Origin: a virus
Taxonomy: Duplodnaviria; Caudoviricetes
Reading direction: 5' to 3' (one strand)
Virus record (IMG/VR): IMGVR_UViG_3300032313_001579
Span: 1 to 53,983 of that record
DNA: 53,983 nt
Position numbers and translations under genes: made by a program. This document shows, piece by piece, positions 19,450 through 28,111 of this stretch (positions within the stretch are counted from its first letter, which is position 1; each line of letters opens with the position of its first letter). Under the pieces are notes generated by a model. The model was not told the DNA's origin and searched no databases. It saw nothing but the letters and a program-made list of their open reading frames with translations.

Positions 19450-20111
19450 TGCAAGCCAGATATCGAACAGACTACGCTGGCGAATTTGTAGTAGTAGAGA
19501 CTCGCTGGTCTGGTGGTAAAAAAACACAAACTAGAGAATTTGTTGCCAACCCCATTGAAAATCATCACATAAGTGGCCGTGCGGTCTGTATTGGGTCGGC
19601 ATTTGACGCAGATCGATTTGACCATGCCAGACTCCAACGACATCGCGGCGGCTTACTTGGATCAAAAAAATTACAGACCTATGGTACTGGTGACATAGCA
19701 ACCACCATGCGCCTGGACTTTGCTGTGGAAACACGTGCCTCTCAATTGGCCAACTTGAAAGAATCAGGATACACAGAAAAAAACATTGTGTACACCACAG
19801 CTCGACAATGTATTGCCACTCCAGGCGAATTTTATCTGATTCCGCTGTCGCCCAAACTGTTGGACATAGCCACTTTGCCGTATCTGGCAGCCTTTGACGG
19901 CCATCAAGAAATATTTTTACTGGGCTACAACCGAGAAACCGCAGTGGAAAACGCCACGTGGTCGCAACAAGTTAGAAATGTGGTTGATGCCTACCCGGCT
20001 GTGAAATTCTACTTTGTTGGTGAACCCACCAACATGTATGATTCTTGGTTGGAACCTGCCAACACACAGGCCATGACCCATAGAGATTTCATTGGCTACT
20101 GTGATGTGTGA
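19449..20111 (+). CDS. Divergent Maf/MptE-like protein
   Basis: RAVCIGS, LQTYGTG, LDFAVET and YLAAFDGHQEIFLLGYN parallel the motif order of ORF 5864; TGATG coupling. Confidence 0.5.
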   Translation: MQARYRTDYAGEFVVVETRWSGGKKTQTREFVANPIENHHISGRAVCIGSAFDADRFDHARLQRHRGGLLGSKKLQTYGTGDIATTMRLDFAVETRASQLANLKESGYTEKNIVYTTARQCIATPGEFYLIPLSPKLLDIATLPYLAAFDGHQEIFLLGYNRETAVENATWSQQVRNVVDAYPAVKFYFVGEPTNMYDSWLEPANTQAMTHRDFIGYCDV

Positions 20112-20536
20112 ACAGTAGACTCAATCACACTTATCTTGCTCTGCACAGCTTCAAAATTCACAGTTGACCACAGGCCTGGGTGCATGGGTCTGGGCCAGGT
20201 TCCTGAATCAATCCAGGCATATCCAAGATGTTCGTGATTGAGTTGGGGAACAAATTCTCGTTCCACGCTGCAATAAAAAGTATGATAGGCAAATACTCCG
20301 TCAACTGTGGTAAACTTTTCAATGGGTATCAGGCGCATGAAGTCAGGAACAAAACCCAGTTCTTCTTGGCACTCTCTGAACATGGTGTCACGCAAACTTT
20401 CGCCGGTTTCCATCTTGCCACCCGGTAGGCCCCATGACCCGGGATGTTTTGGATCATCTCGCATGAGATACAGATAGCGACCGGTATCTACAGCGTAGAA
20501 CCAAACGCCCACAGCATTTACAATACTAGAGTCCAT
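20096..20536 (-). CDS. NUDIX hydrolase
   Basis: Nudix box WGLPGGKMETGESLRDTMFRECQEELG. Confidence 0.9.
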   Translation of the reverse strand: MDSSIVNAVGVWFYAVDTGRYLYLMRDDPKHPGSWGLPGGKMETGESLRDTMFRECQEELGFVPDFMRLIPIEKFTTVDGVFAYHTFYCSVEREFVPQLNHEHLGYAWIDSGTWPRPMHPGLWSTVNFEAVQSKISVIESTVHTSQ

Positions 20537-21933
20537 GTGCCTCCTGCATAGAGTCCTTGGTAGCTCTTAACCCAGGCTGAGCCGGTCCAACGATACTGTA
20601 TTTCTGTAGTGAGATTAGTGACATACTGTATATTATCTAGACTTGAGGTGCTATCAAAAGAAATCTGCCACCTGGCGCCATCCCATTCTACTATGTCATT
20701 GGCTTGAGCCACCAAGGGTTGGCCTCCTGTGCCAGACCAGGCGTCGGGATTGGTATTTCCTGAGTTTTCATAGCTTCCAGTGGCCTGTGTGAACAAATAT
20801 CTTTGACCTAAGGCAGCTGCCGGCAAGCCAAAACCCGGTCCGCTGACCAAAGGATCAATCACCGCGGTTATAGGCGACAAGGTATTGGCCGGCACTGTTC
20901 CAGCGTTTACCGTGAACAGCAAGAATCTATCATCGGTGGGATCAAATGCCACAGTTCCTGTGACCTCTGTACCGTCGGGTTGTTCCAGGGTCACGTAACT
21001 GATGCCCGGACGCAAGGTGCCGTACAAGTTGACCACGCTTTGCCATAACAGGTTGCTAGACGGTGAATCGGCTGGCGCCAGACTGGCGTTGGGTTCATCT
21101 ATGACCTGTTGTTTTCTCAAGGCCTGCAGTTTGTTGTCAATCAACAGGACTTGATACCCATAGGGTGTGAATCGTTGCCGTGTACCCAGCAGGAGATCGC
21201 TGTTGGTCAAGGAGTTGACCAAGTCGCCTTGTGCGTCATACACACTGGCTATGATACGCTCGATCACACCCAGTTTCTTGACCTTGGCTGGTGGAGTGAT
21301 CCACATAGGAAGAGTAAAACTCAACGTGGCAACATCTATGGGATTATCAGCATTAACTGGTATGGTTCTGCTGCTCCACCGTACATCCTTGAGATACAGC
21401 ACAGTCAAGCTGGTCCAGTCTATGTAGTTGTCGGTGCTTTGTATTTCCAGTCCCGGATTAAACAAGGTCAAGATCTGTTCCAACAACTGCATTTTTTGAT
21501 TGGTGTTTGATGTCCAGATATCCAGATTTACAGTCATCTCGTAGGGCACGGGCATGGCACGTTCAATGGTAAATGCATTGCCCTGCGTGGTCTCGTAAGT
21601 GTCAGTGTCGGCATCATAGGTCCTTTGTCGCACCTGTATGTTGTTGACAAAGTAAGGTTCCTGCATCCTGGGGCGATCATATTTCAAATCCGTGATGTAG
21701 AAGGTCATCAAGGGTGTTGACGGCATGTCATTGGCCGAGTTGTTTTGCAATATAGTCTGAGCCTGGCGACTGGCATCACCATAACGCACCGGCACACGGA
21801 TCAGAGTATCCACGTCTGAACCTGGTCCTTGTCCGGCTTGGTTAGGGCCATACTCCACATCAAAGTTAGAAAATACTCTAGCAAACTGTAGTAAGAAGCG
21901 CCGTATTTGTTGGTCGTAGAAGAACTGAGCGAT
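20518..21933 (-). CDS. gp15: Tail completion/sheath-stabilising protein (T4 gp15-like), probable ATC start
   Basis: RVPVRYGD, PVPYEMTVNLDIWTSN, QLLEQILTLFNP motifs. Frame extends 25 codons beyond the GTG at 21858 to ATC-AQFFYDQQIRRFLLQF with SD GGGAG. Confidence 0.75.
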   Translation of the reverse strand: MAQFFYDQQIRRFLLQFARVFSNFDVEYGPNQAGQGPGSDVDTLIRVPVRYGDASRQAQTILQNNSANDMPSTPLMTFYITDLKYDRPRMQEPYFVNNIQVRQRTYDADTDTYETTQGNAFTIERAMPVPYEMTVNLDIWTSNTNQKMQLLEQILTLFNPGLEIQSTDNYIDWTSLTVLYLKDVRWSSRTIPVNADNPIDVATLSFTLPMWITPPAKVKKLGVIERIIASVYDAQGDLVNSLTNSDLLLGTRQRFTPYGYQVLLIDNKLQALRKQQVIDEPNASLAPADSPSSNLLWQSVVNLYGTLRPGISYVTLEQPDGTEVTGTVAFDPTDDRFLLFTVNAGTVPANTLSPITAVIDPLVSGPGFGLPAAALGQRYLFTQATGSYENSGNTNPDAWSGTGGQPLVAQANDIVEWDGARWQISFDSTSSLDNIQYVTNLTTEIQYRWTGSAWVKSYQGLYAGGTWTLVL

Positions 21934-21935
21934 GA

Positions 21936-23288
21936 TTATCTCCCTGGAGGTCTTGGGTTGGCGGGTGTAATATTGCCACCTTGATCACCGTTGTCGGGTT
22001 GTATTTCCAGGATCTTACTGAGACTCTGGCGGCTGGGTATGTTGCCTATGTCGGTGGTAGGCACTGTGTAGGTGTTGTTCACAAAGCTGGCACGCTGAGT
22101 CAAGGCCTGTGTGGCATAATCCAAGTCGGTCCTCACATTGTCCGTAATGGCCAACCAGGCCTGCCCGTTGTAACGGAACAAGCGATTGGGAAAGTAATCT
22201 AGTCTCAAACAGTAATCTCCCAAGACCGGTGTGGGCGGAAATTGTGTGCCAGGCGTGACCGGCAATCCATTGGGCGCATGGGTTGATCCGGTAAGATACC
22301 CTTGTGCATAACCAAAGCCATTGGGTGAGATACCCTCGCCAGTCTGCGTTCCATCCACGGTGTTGGTAGTGTTGTCGGCAGTAAGCCCGGCTGACGCAGG
22401 TTCTCCATTGGGACCTGTGGGCAAAATGTAAAATTTAACATTGTCATACCCACTCAGTGGTACATCTTCATAGGCCTGAGTGAGTATGGCATCATTGATC
22501 TGTAAGTCTTTGGGTCGTGTGCTTTGCTTGTCACCCACGGTGTTGGGCGTGGTAATTACCGTCCAATACGTGGTATTTGTAATTGACGTGCCTGGCGGCA
22601 CATTTTGTGCAGCCTGATAATAGGTGTTGCCGTTGTTGACTATTTCGCCTGCGGGATAGAAATTGCCAGGATCCCAGATGTTTTCAGGCATGAATGGTTC
22701 GTCAATGATCTGGCTGTATTCTTGTGCATTGACCATGGGCGTGGCCTTGATGCGCCACAGGTGTGGTTGCCATGTTTGACTAAAACCTTCGGACGCAAAA
22801 TTGCCATCTTGTATCACATAGTATCTGGGCAGGCTTTTGACCAAGCTAGTGTCTAAGGGATGATAATCTCGCAGGTTGGGTATTTCTATCACATCGCCAC
22901 TCATGAGCTTGCGACCAAAGGTATCTATCATGTCGTTGTAGTGGAAGGTAATAAACAAGGTATCACCATTCAAGAACAGACCAAACTGTGTGAGATCAAA
23001 ATCTATGTCTTGTGTTCTATAGACACCACGCATGACAAACACATCAGGAGCATACACTCGGTCGCGGTTTTCCAACAACAACAAATCTTCAATAAACAAA
23101 GGATTTGTTGAATTGTAATTAGGTATAGTGGCGTCATTGTTGCCGTTGTCAGTGCCAGCACCTTGCGGACCAAGATATTTGTGCACCAGGATATCAATGC
23201 CGCCCACAGTGAACATTTCACTGATGTTGCGGTCAAGATATTGGTAATCGTAGGTTCGGTTAGGACGATAAAGGCTCAAGCGTGGCAT
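21936..23288 (-). CDS. gp14: Neck/head-closure protein (T4 gp14-like) with C-terminal extensions
   Basis: Start MPRLSLY at 23288, 7 nt after a TAAATA box; DLLLLENRDRVY, DLTQFGLFL, GRKLMSGDVIEIP motifs. Confidence 0.7.
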   Translation of the reverse strand: MPRLSLYRPNRTYDYQYLDRNISEMFTVGGIDILVHKYLGPQGAGTDNGNNDATIPNYNSTNPLFIEDLLLLENRDRVYAPDVFVMRGVYRTQDIDFDLTQFGLFLNGDTLFITFHYNDMIDTFGRKLMSGDVIEIPNLRDYHPLDTSLVKSLPRYYVIQDGNFASEGFSQTWQPHLWRIKATPMVNAQEYSQIIDEPFMPENIWDPGNFYPAGEIVNNGNTYYQAAQNVPPGTSITNTTYWTVITTPNTVGDKQSTRPKDLQINDAILTQAYEDVPLSGYDNVKFYILPTGPNGEPASAGLTADNTTNTVDGTQTGEGISPNGFGYAQGYLTGSTHAPNGLPVTPGTQFPPTPVLGDYCLRLDYFPNRLFRYNGQAWLAITDNVRTDLDYATQALTQRASFVNNTYTVPTTDIGNIPSRQSLSKILEIQPDNGDQGGNITPANPRPPGR

Positions 23289-23295
23289 AGTCTTG

Positions 23296-23301
23296 TATTT
23301 A
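23296..23301 (-). promoter_or_regulatory. Late promoter TAAATA for the gp14-gp15-NUDIX operon
   Basis: CATAAATACAAGACT-ATG on the minus strand. Confidence 0.75.
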
Positions 23302-23310
23302 TGGGGCAAA

Positions 23311-23339
23311 TTGACTTGACATGCCAAAGCAGTTATAAT
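23311..23339 (+). promoter_or_regulatory. Sigma70-type (early) promoter
   Basis: TTGACT-17 nt-TATAAT; ATG 7 nt downstream. Confidence 0.85.
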
Positions 23340-23346
23340 TACAAGC

Positions 23347-23601
23347 ATGGATGAATTATATCAACGCTTGGATCGTGCAGAACGCCAAATAGCCACAATC
23401 AAAAACAAAGTTGCCCGTAAGGATCTGTTAAAAATGATCAAGGCCGTAGATCGGGCCATGGTGGCTGCAGACATGGAAAGCGTGGAATGCCGTAGATTAC
23501 ACAAGGAAACCGCACGCTATCGAGAATTGGTGAAAAATGCTAGTGATCTGATTGCTAATCTGGAGCAACACCTAACATTTGCGGCGTTGTTAAACGGTTG
23601 A
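23347..23601 (+). CDS. Hypothetical early coiled-coil protein
   Basis: 84-aa helical ORF directly behind a consensus promoter. Confidence 0.65.
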   Translation: MDELYQRLDRAERQIATIKNKVARKDLLKMIKAVDRAMVAADMESVECRRLHKETARYRELVKNASDLIANLEQHLTFAALLNG

Positions 23602-23626
23602 CCAAAAATGGGTCACATGCTATAAT
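23598..23626 (+). promoter_or_regulatory. Sigma70-type (early) promoter, extended -10
   Basis: TTGACC-17 nt-TATAAT with a TGn extension. Confidence 0.85.
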
Positions 23627-23649
23627 AATCAAATAACCTAGGAGAACCC

Positions 23650-24801
23650 ATGAACGCACGAGCCGCAACTGTGATCAAACCTTTGAATCCCAAAGGTGCT
23701 GAAACCAAATATATTGGGCACGAACCTGACTGGAAATTCCAACCCACAGAAGAAAATCGCATCAGTGCATTGAGCAAGGCCTTTGCCTGGTACAACTATC
23801 ACTATGGCAAAAAAGATGCCAAAGACATGCTGTGTCAGTACCTGGACGTCAATCATAGACCCAAAGATGCCAAGACCATGCGTGGCATTCCAGACAGCCA
23901 GATTCGACTCACCCCGGCCTGGGTGTGCAGGATGACCTTGATGGGCCTGACGCTCAACGAGCATGAGCAGTGCATCATTGATGAACAGATTGTCGGCATG
24001 CTAAAAATCAAACAAGAAGCACGACGTGACAAAGACGAAGTAGCCGCCGAAACTGCTGTGGCCAAACTCACAATCCAAGATCACTTGCGTGAAAAGGTGT
24101 CGGAATGTGCTGGCGAGCTAGAAGGCATGTTTGATGACTTTATCTCAGCCGGCGCCAAAATGACCGCAGACTGGAAACCCATTGCACAGATCCGTGGCAT
24201 GAACATCAGCCCCAACATGGTAGGCACCATTGCTGATGTGTGGAAAAAGAAATTGGCCGAGTTTGAAGAAGTTTTGGTTGGTGAGGACGCTGATCTAGTC
24301 GAAGGCTATGCACATCTCAACAAAAATCAGATCAAGCAGTGCATCAAATTCATTGAGCAGGTCATAGCCGATTGTGGTAACTATGTGCAGATCAAGAAAG
24401 TGGAACGTAAGCCACGTGCCAAGAAAGCTGTGAGTCCTGAACGACTCAGTGCCAAGTTCAAGTATCTTAAAGACTTTGCCGAACTTAAACTGTCAAGTAT
24501 TGCACCAGCACAACTGGTAGGTGCCAGCGAAGCTTGGTTGTATGACACCAAAAAACGCAAGTTGATCCATGTCATGGCCGACGTCCATCTAGGAACATTC
24601 AGTGTCAAAGGCTCGGCCATAGTGGGCTTTGATACCATGCAAACTGTACAAAAAACTCTACGCCGTCCGGCAGAACAGCTTAAAGAGCTACTGGCAGGTG
24701 GTAAACCTGCGGCTCGTAAATTGTTCAAGGACATAAAAGCCACAGAAACCAAGTTCAACGGACGTGGCAACGAGAATTTGATCATTCTTAAAAGCTGGTA
24801 A
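23650..24801 (+). CDS. Conserved-looking phage hypothetical protein (early)
   Basis: 383 aa with SD AGGAG; basic C-terminus (WLYDTKKRKL, QKTLRRP, NGRGNENLIIL). Confidence 0.75.
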   Translation: MNARAATVIKPLNPKGAETKYIGHEPDWKFQPTEENRISALSKAFAWYNYHYGKKDAKDMLCQYLDVNHRPKDAKTMRGIPDSQIRLTPAWVCRMTLMGLTLNEHEQCIIDEQIVGMLKIKQEARRDKDEVAAETAVAKLTIQDHLREKVSECAGELEGMFDDFISAGAKMTADWKPIAQIRGMNISPNMVGTIADVWKKKLAEFEEVLVGEDADLVEGYAHLNKNQIKQCIKFIEQVIADCGNYVQIKKVERKPRAKKAVSPERLSAKFKYLKDFAELKLSSIAPAQLVGASEAWLYDTKKRKLIHVMADVHLGTFSVKGSAIVGFDTMQTVQKTLRRPAEQLKELLAGGKPAARKLFKDIKATETKFNGRGNENLIILKSW

Positions 24802-24809
24802 ACCCCCGC

Positions 24810-24815
24810 TAAATA
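24810..24815 (+). promoter_or_regulatory. Late promoter TAAATA (leaderless start)
   Basis: 5 nt before the ATG of the radical SAM gene; no room for an SD. Confidence 0.7.
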
Positions 24816-24820
24816 TTGGA

Positions 24821-25705
24821 ATGCATCGAATTCCTAACAAAGTAGACTTCTATATAACCAATGTTTGCAATTTAACCTGTCAACGCTGTAACAGATTTAA
24901 CAACTTTGATTTTAAAGGTTGGCAGGATTGGAAAGACTACCGGGAAACTTACGAGCAGTGGAGTAAACTTGTTAGTCTACGTGCCATAACAATCATGGGC
25001 GGCGAACCCTTCTTGAACCCTACGCTCAAAGATTGGGTGGCAGGTCTTAATGATCTTTTCAGTATTGAAGTTCAAGTGCTGACCAACGGCACCCGCTTCC
25101 TACAAGCAAAAGGAGTATATGAAACCATGTTTTATAGATCTCCTGTTAGTAATGAGCAAAATCATATCGGAGTTAGTTTACACACCCCAGAAGATTTTGA
25201 ACAAATTCGTGCTGATATCTACGAATTCCTTAAAGGTGATGTAACCGAGTTCGCTAAAGATCAAAATCTCTGGGGTGCAGACTGGCAATTTAAGGATAGT
25301 AATGGCGTAATGATCAATGTTTATACCGTGGATAAATTTGCCGGAGCTGCGATTATTCCTAAATTTGAAGGCGGATATACATTACATGACAGCGACCCAG
25401 AACAAGCACACTCGACCTGTGCTTTTGCTAATTGGAAATCCTATCATTTTGTTCGTGGTAAATTTTACAAGTGTGGTCCATCTGCTCTATTGCCTGAATT
25501 TGATGATCAACACCACCTGGGCATCAGCGACAACGATCGCACCTTGCTACACGCTTACAAACCGCTTACCGTGGATAATTTTGCCGAATACCACGAAGAA
25601 TTTTTTGCCAACCTAGACAACCCGATTGCACAGTGTAAATTTTGCCCAGCTAGCCACCAGATGGAAAAAATCTATCCTGTACGCAAAGGTTCTAAATCTA
25701 GCTAA
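24821..25705 (+). CDS. Radical SAM enzyme with C-terminal Cys cluster
   Basis: CNLTCQRC (CX3CX2C), MGGEPFL, LTNG; C-terminal C...GKFYKC...CKFC. Confidence 0.9.
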   Translation: MHRIPNKVDFYITNVCNLTCQRCNRFNNFDFKGWQDWKDYRETYEQWSKLVSLRAITIMGGEPFLNPTLKDWVAGLNDLFSIEVQVLTNGTRFLQAKGVYETMFYRSPVSNEQNHIGVSLHTPEDFEQIRADIYEFLKGDVTEFAKDQNLWGADWQFKDSNGVMINVYTVDKFAGAAIIPKFEGGYTLHDSDPEQAHSTCAFANWKSYHFVRGKFYKCGPSALLPEFDDQHHLGISDNDRTLLHAYKPLTVDNFAEYHEEFFANLDNPIAQCKFCPASHQMEKIYPVRKGSKSS

Positions 25706-25708
25706 ATA
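25703..25708 (+). promoter_or_regulatory. Late promoter TAAATA
   Basis: Overlaps the radical SAM stop codon, upstream of gp13. Confidence 0.7.
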
Positions 25709-25729
25709 CAGGAACACGGAGTTCCCTAC

Positions 25730-26500
25730 ATGGCCTTAGAAAATCAATCCAGCACAGAAACCCTTAAACAACAATTATTTGATTATGTGAGCCTGCAACT
25801 GGGCAATCAAATCGTTGATCTTGAGCTGGATGCCGAACACTATGAGGCCGCTTATCAGCGTACCATTGGAGTTTATCGGCAACGGGCACAAAACGCCTAT
25901 GAAGAAAGCTACAGCTTTTTGGAGTTGGTTGCTGATGTGAACATTTATGATCTTCCGCAGGAAGTGATCACAGTGCGACAGATATTCCGTAGAACCTTTG
26001 GTGACAGCACCGGTCCGTTTGCGTCAAACTTTGATCCATTTAGCCAGGCCAGTTTAAACGTGTATCTCATGAACTTCAATGTGGCCGGCGGCCTTGCTAC
26101 CTATGACTTCTACAGTCAATATGTGGAACAGGCCGGCAAAATGTTTGGTGCTTACATGAACTACACCTGGAATCCTGTGACCAAAAAACTGCAATTGATA
26201 CGTGATCCCAAGGGCACCGGCGAAAATGTATTGTTATGGACCTACAATCTCAAACCCGAATTCAACCTGCTGAGAGATTATCAAATCCAACAATGGATAC
26301 GTGACTACATGGTTGCGGCCTGCAAGATGATCATTGGTGAAGCCCGAGAAAAATTTGGACAGTATGCGGGTCCACAAGGTGGTAGCCAACTCAACGGAAC
26401 TGCCATGAAGGGTGAAGCACAGGTTCAAATGGATGCTCAAATTGAAGCACTCAAAAACTACGTAGACGGCAGTCAACCCATAACCTGGGTCATAGGCTAA
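25730..26500 (+). CDS. gp13: Neck protein (T4 gp13-like)
   Basis: LQLGNQIVDLELD, WIRDYMVAACKMIIGEAREKF, PQGGSQLNG motifs. Confidence 0.85.
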   Translation: MALENQSSTETLKQQLFDYVSLQLGNQIVDLELDAEHYEAAYQRTIGVYRQRAQNAYEESYSFLELVADVNIYDLPQEVITVRQIFRRTFGDSTGPFASNFDPFSQASLNVYLMNFNVAGGLATYDFYSQYVEQAGKMFGAYMNYTWNPVTKKLQLIRDPKGTGENVLLWTYNLKPEFNLLRDYQIQQWIRDYMVAACKMIIGEAREKFGQYAGPQGGSQLNGTAMKGEAQVQMDAQIEALKNYVDGSQPITWVIG

Positions 26501-26506
26501 ACTTCA

Positions 26507-26535
26507 TAGACAGATACCAAAATACATGCTATAAT
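26507..26535 (+). promoter_or_regulatory. Sigma70-type promoter (leaderless start)
   Basis: TAGACA-17 nt-TATAAT with TGn extension; ATG 5 nt downstream. Confidence 0.8.
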
Positions 26536-26540
26536 CTAGC

Positions 26541-27065
26541 ATGAGCACCAGTTTGATGATCGACATAGAAGGCCTGGCCACTGGACCAGATGCCACCATC
26601 TTGACCATAGCAGCACAGAGTTTTAATCCATTTGGAACAGGCTACTATGACCGTTGCTACTATGCCAGGATCACTTTAGAAAGCCAGGAAAATCGCGCCA
26701 TAGAACAAGGCACGCTGGATTGGTGGTCGACTCAGAAAGAAGCACAGACCGAAGCCTTCATGGAAGAAGGGCGTGTGGATCTAGACCAAGCACTTGATAG
26801 CCTGTATAAAATAGCCTGGCAACACAAATTTATATTTGCAAACGGTCCCACCTATGACATGAACATTCTGGAACATGCCTACAAGAGTTACAACAAGGCT
26901 CTGCCTTGGCAGTTCTACAATGTGCGTGATGCCAGAACCATCTACAGCCTATGGCCTGGGCTACCTCGCCCTGCTACCAGCCATCATGCTCTTGAAGACT
27001 GCCGTAGACAGATTGACATGTTGCAGGCCACACTTAGACATTTGAACGTAAAGGAACTTAGATGA
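26541..27065 (+). CDS. DEDDh 3'-5' exonuclease (DexA-like)
   Basis: MIDIEGL, ANGPTYDMNIL, RDARTI, HHALEDC motifs. Confidence 0.85.
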   Translation: MSTSLMIDIEGLATGPDATILTIAAQSFNPFGTGYYDRCYYARITLESQENRAIEQGTLDWWSTQKEAQTEAFMEEGRVDLDQALDSLYKIAWQHKFIFANGPTYDMNILEHAYKSYNKALPWQFYNVRDARTIYSLWPGLPRPATSHHALEDCRRQIDMLQATLRHLNVKELR

Positions 27066-27724
27066 TTATTGGAGTATGCGGACTTATAGGTGCCGGCAAA
27101 GACACCATTGCAGACTATCTTGTAAACATACATCAGTTCAGACGTGAAAGTTTTGCCAACACCTTGAAAGATGCTGTGGCCAGTGTATTTGGCTGGGACC
27201 GCGAACTGCTGGAAGGACGCACACGGCACAGCCGAGAATGGCGCGAGCAAGTGGACGCCTGGTGGGCTAATCGCTTGGGCATGCCCGATCTAACACCAAG
27301 ATGGGTGCTACAATATTGGGGTACCGAAGTGGTGCGTAGAGGATTTCACGACGATACCTGGATAGCCAGCCTGGAAAATCGCCTGCGAAAAACCACAGAT
27401 GATGTGGTCATCAGTGATTGCAGATTCCCCAACGAAATTGATGCTATTAAAAGAACCGGGGGATTGGTTATTAGAGTAGTTAGAGGCCCAGAGCCCGAAT
27501 GGTATCCACTGGCTGAATCTGTCAACGCAGGACCCACAAACATCACCTGGTCATTGAGCAAAGATCAATTGGCCAAATACAAAGTTCATGCCAGTGAAAC
27601 TGCTTGGATTGGTACTGAGTTTGATGCGGTTATAGACAACAACAGCACCATGGATCACTTGTATGCACAGATTACAAGTCTGGTTCAAGATCTCCAACCG
27701 CCCAGGTCAAATCCAGGCGGTTGA
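27062..27724 (+). CDS. Deoxynucleoside monophosphate kinase (T4 gp1-like)
   Basis: IIGVCGLIGAGKDT P-loop, SFANTLKD, PRWVLQYWGTE, ISDCRFPNE, HASE. Confidence 0.9.
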   Translation: MIIGVCGLIGAGKDTIADYLVNIHQFRRESFANTLKDAVASVFGWDRELLEGRTRHSREWREQVDAWWANRLGMPDLTPRWVLQYWGTEVVRRGFHDDTWIASLENRLRKTTDDVVISDCRFPNEIDAIKRTGGLVIRVVRGPEPEWYPLAESVNAGPTNITWSLSKDQLAKYKVHASETAWIGTEFDAVIDNNSTMDHLYAQITSLVQDLQPPRSNPGG

Positions 27725-28016
27725 CCTCCACACAGCAGTTTTGACATATGGTCTTGAGGTTGCGCATGGTGTTGTTGTTGAGATTGCCGTCTACATGATA
27801 TACCATGAGTTGTGCGGCATACTTGGAACGAAATCCACAGCGATCACAGATAGTTTTTTTCTTGTAGCCTGCTGACCGCCAACGCGGTGCAGGCTGAGGC
27901 ACGCGACGTGCTTTTTTGATGCACCAGTCACATCTAGTGCGGTAGTGGGTAACTCCTGCACGCCGATAGTTTACAGCACATAGTCGTTGATTACAGGCCG
28001 GACATTTGGGTCTCAT
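27672..28016 (-). CDS. Zn-finger/HNH-like small protein
   Basis: CPAC, CDWC, CDRC and YHVDGNLNNNTMRNLKTICQNC; TAAATA 4 nt upstream. Confidence 0.75.
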   Translation of the reverse strand: MRPKCPACNQRLCAVNYRRAGVTHYRTRCDWCIKKARRVPQPAPRWRSAGYKKKTICDRCGFRSKYAAQLMVYHVDGNLNNNTMRNLKTICQNCCVEVNRLDLTWAVGDLEPDL

Positions 28017-28020
28017 GCTG

Positions 28021-28086
28021 TATTTACTATCAAAAACCTTTGCAAAGGGATATTGCCGTCGCTTTTTTTTGCCAAGACCATAAATA
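28021..28086. promoter_or_regulatory. Divergent late promoters flanking a 12-bp palindrome
   Basis: TAAATA on minus at 28021-28026 and on plus at 28081-28086; CCTTTGCAAAGG at 28037-28048. Confidence 0.7.
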
Positions 28087-28111
28087 TCTTATATTAAAAA
28101 AGGAATTGGTT

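Noticed and set aside
28040-28111. Longer ORF-track starts (28040 for sheath; also 5041, 23348, 33317 and 41103)
   Set aside because: They lie upstream of the late box or lack an SD; the downstream ATGs fit promoter, SD or family N-termini better.
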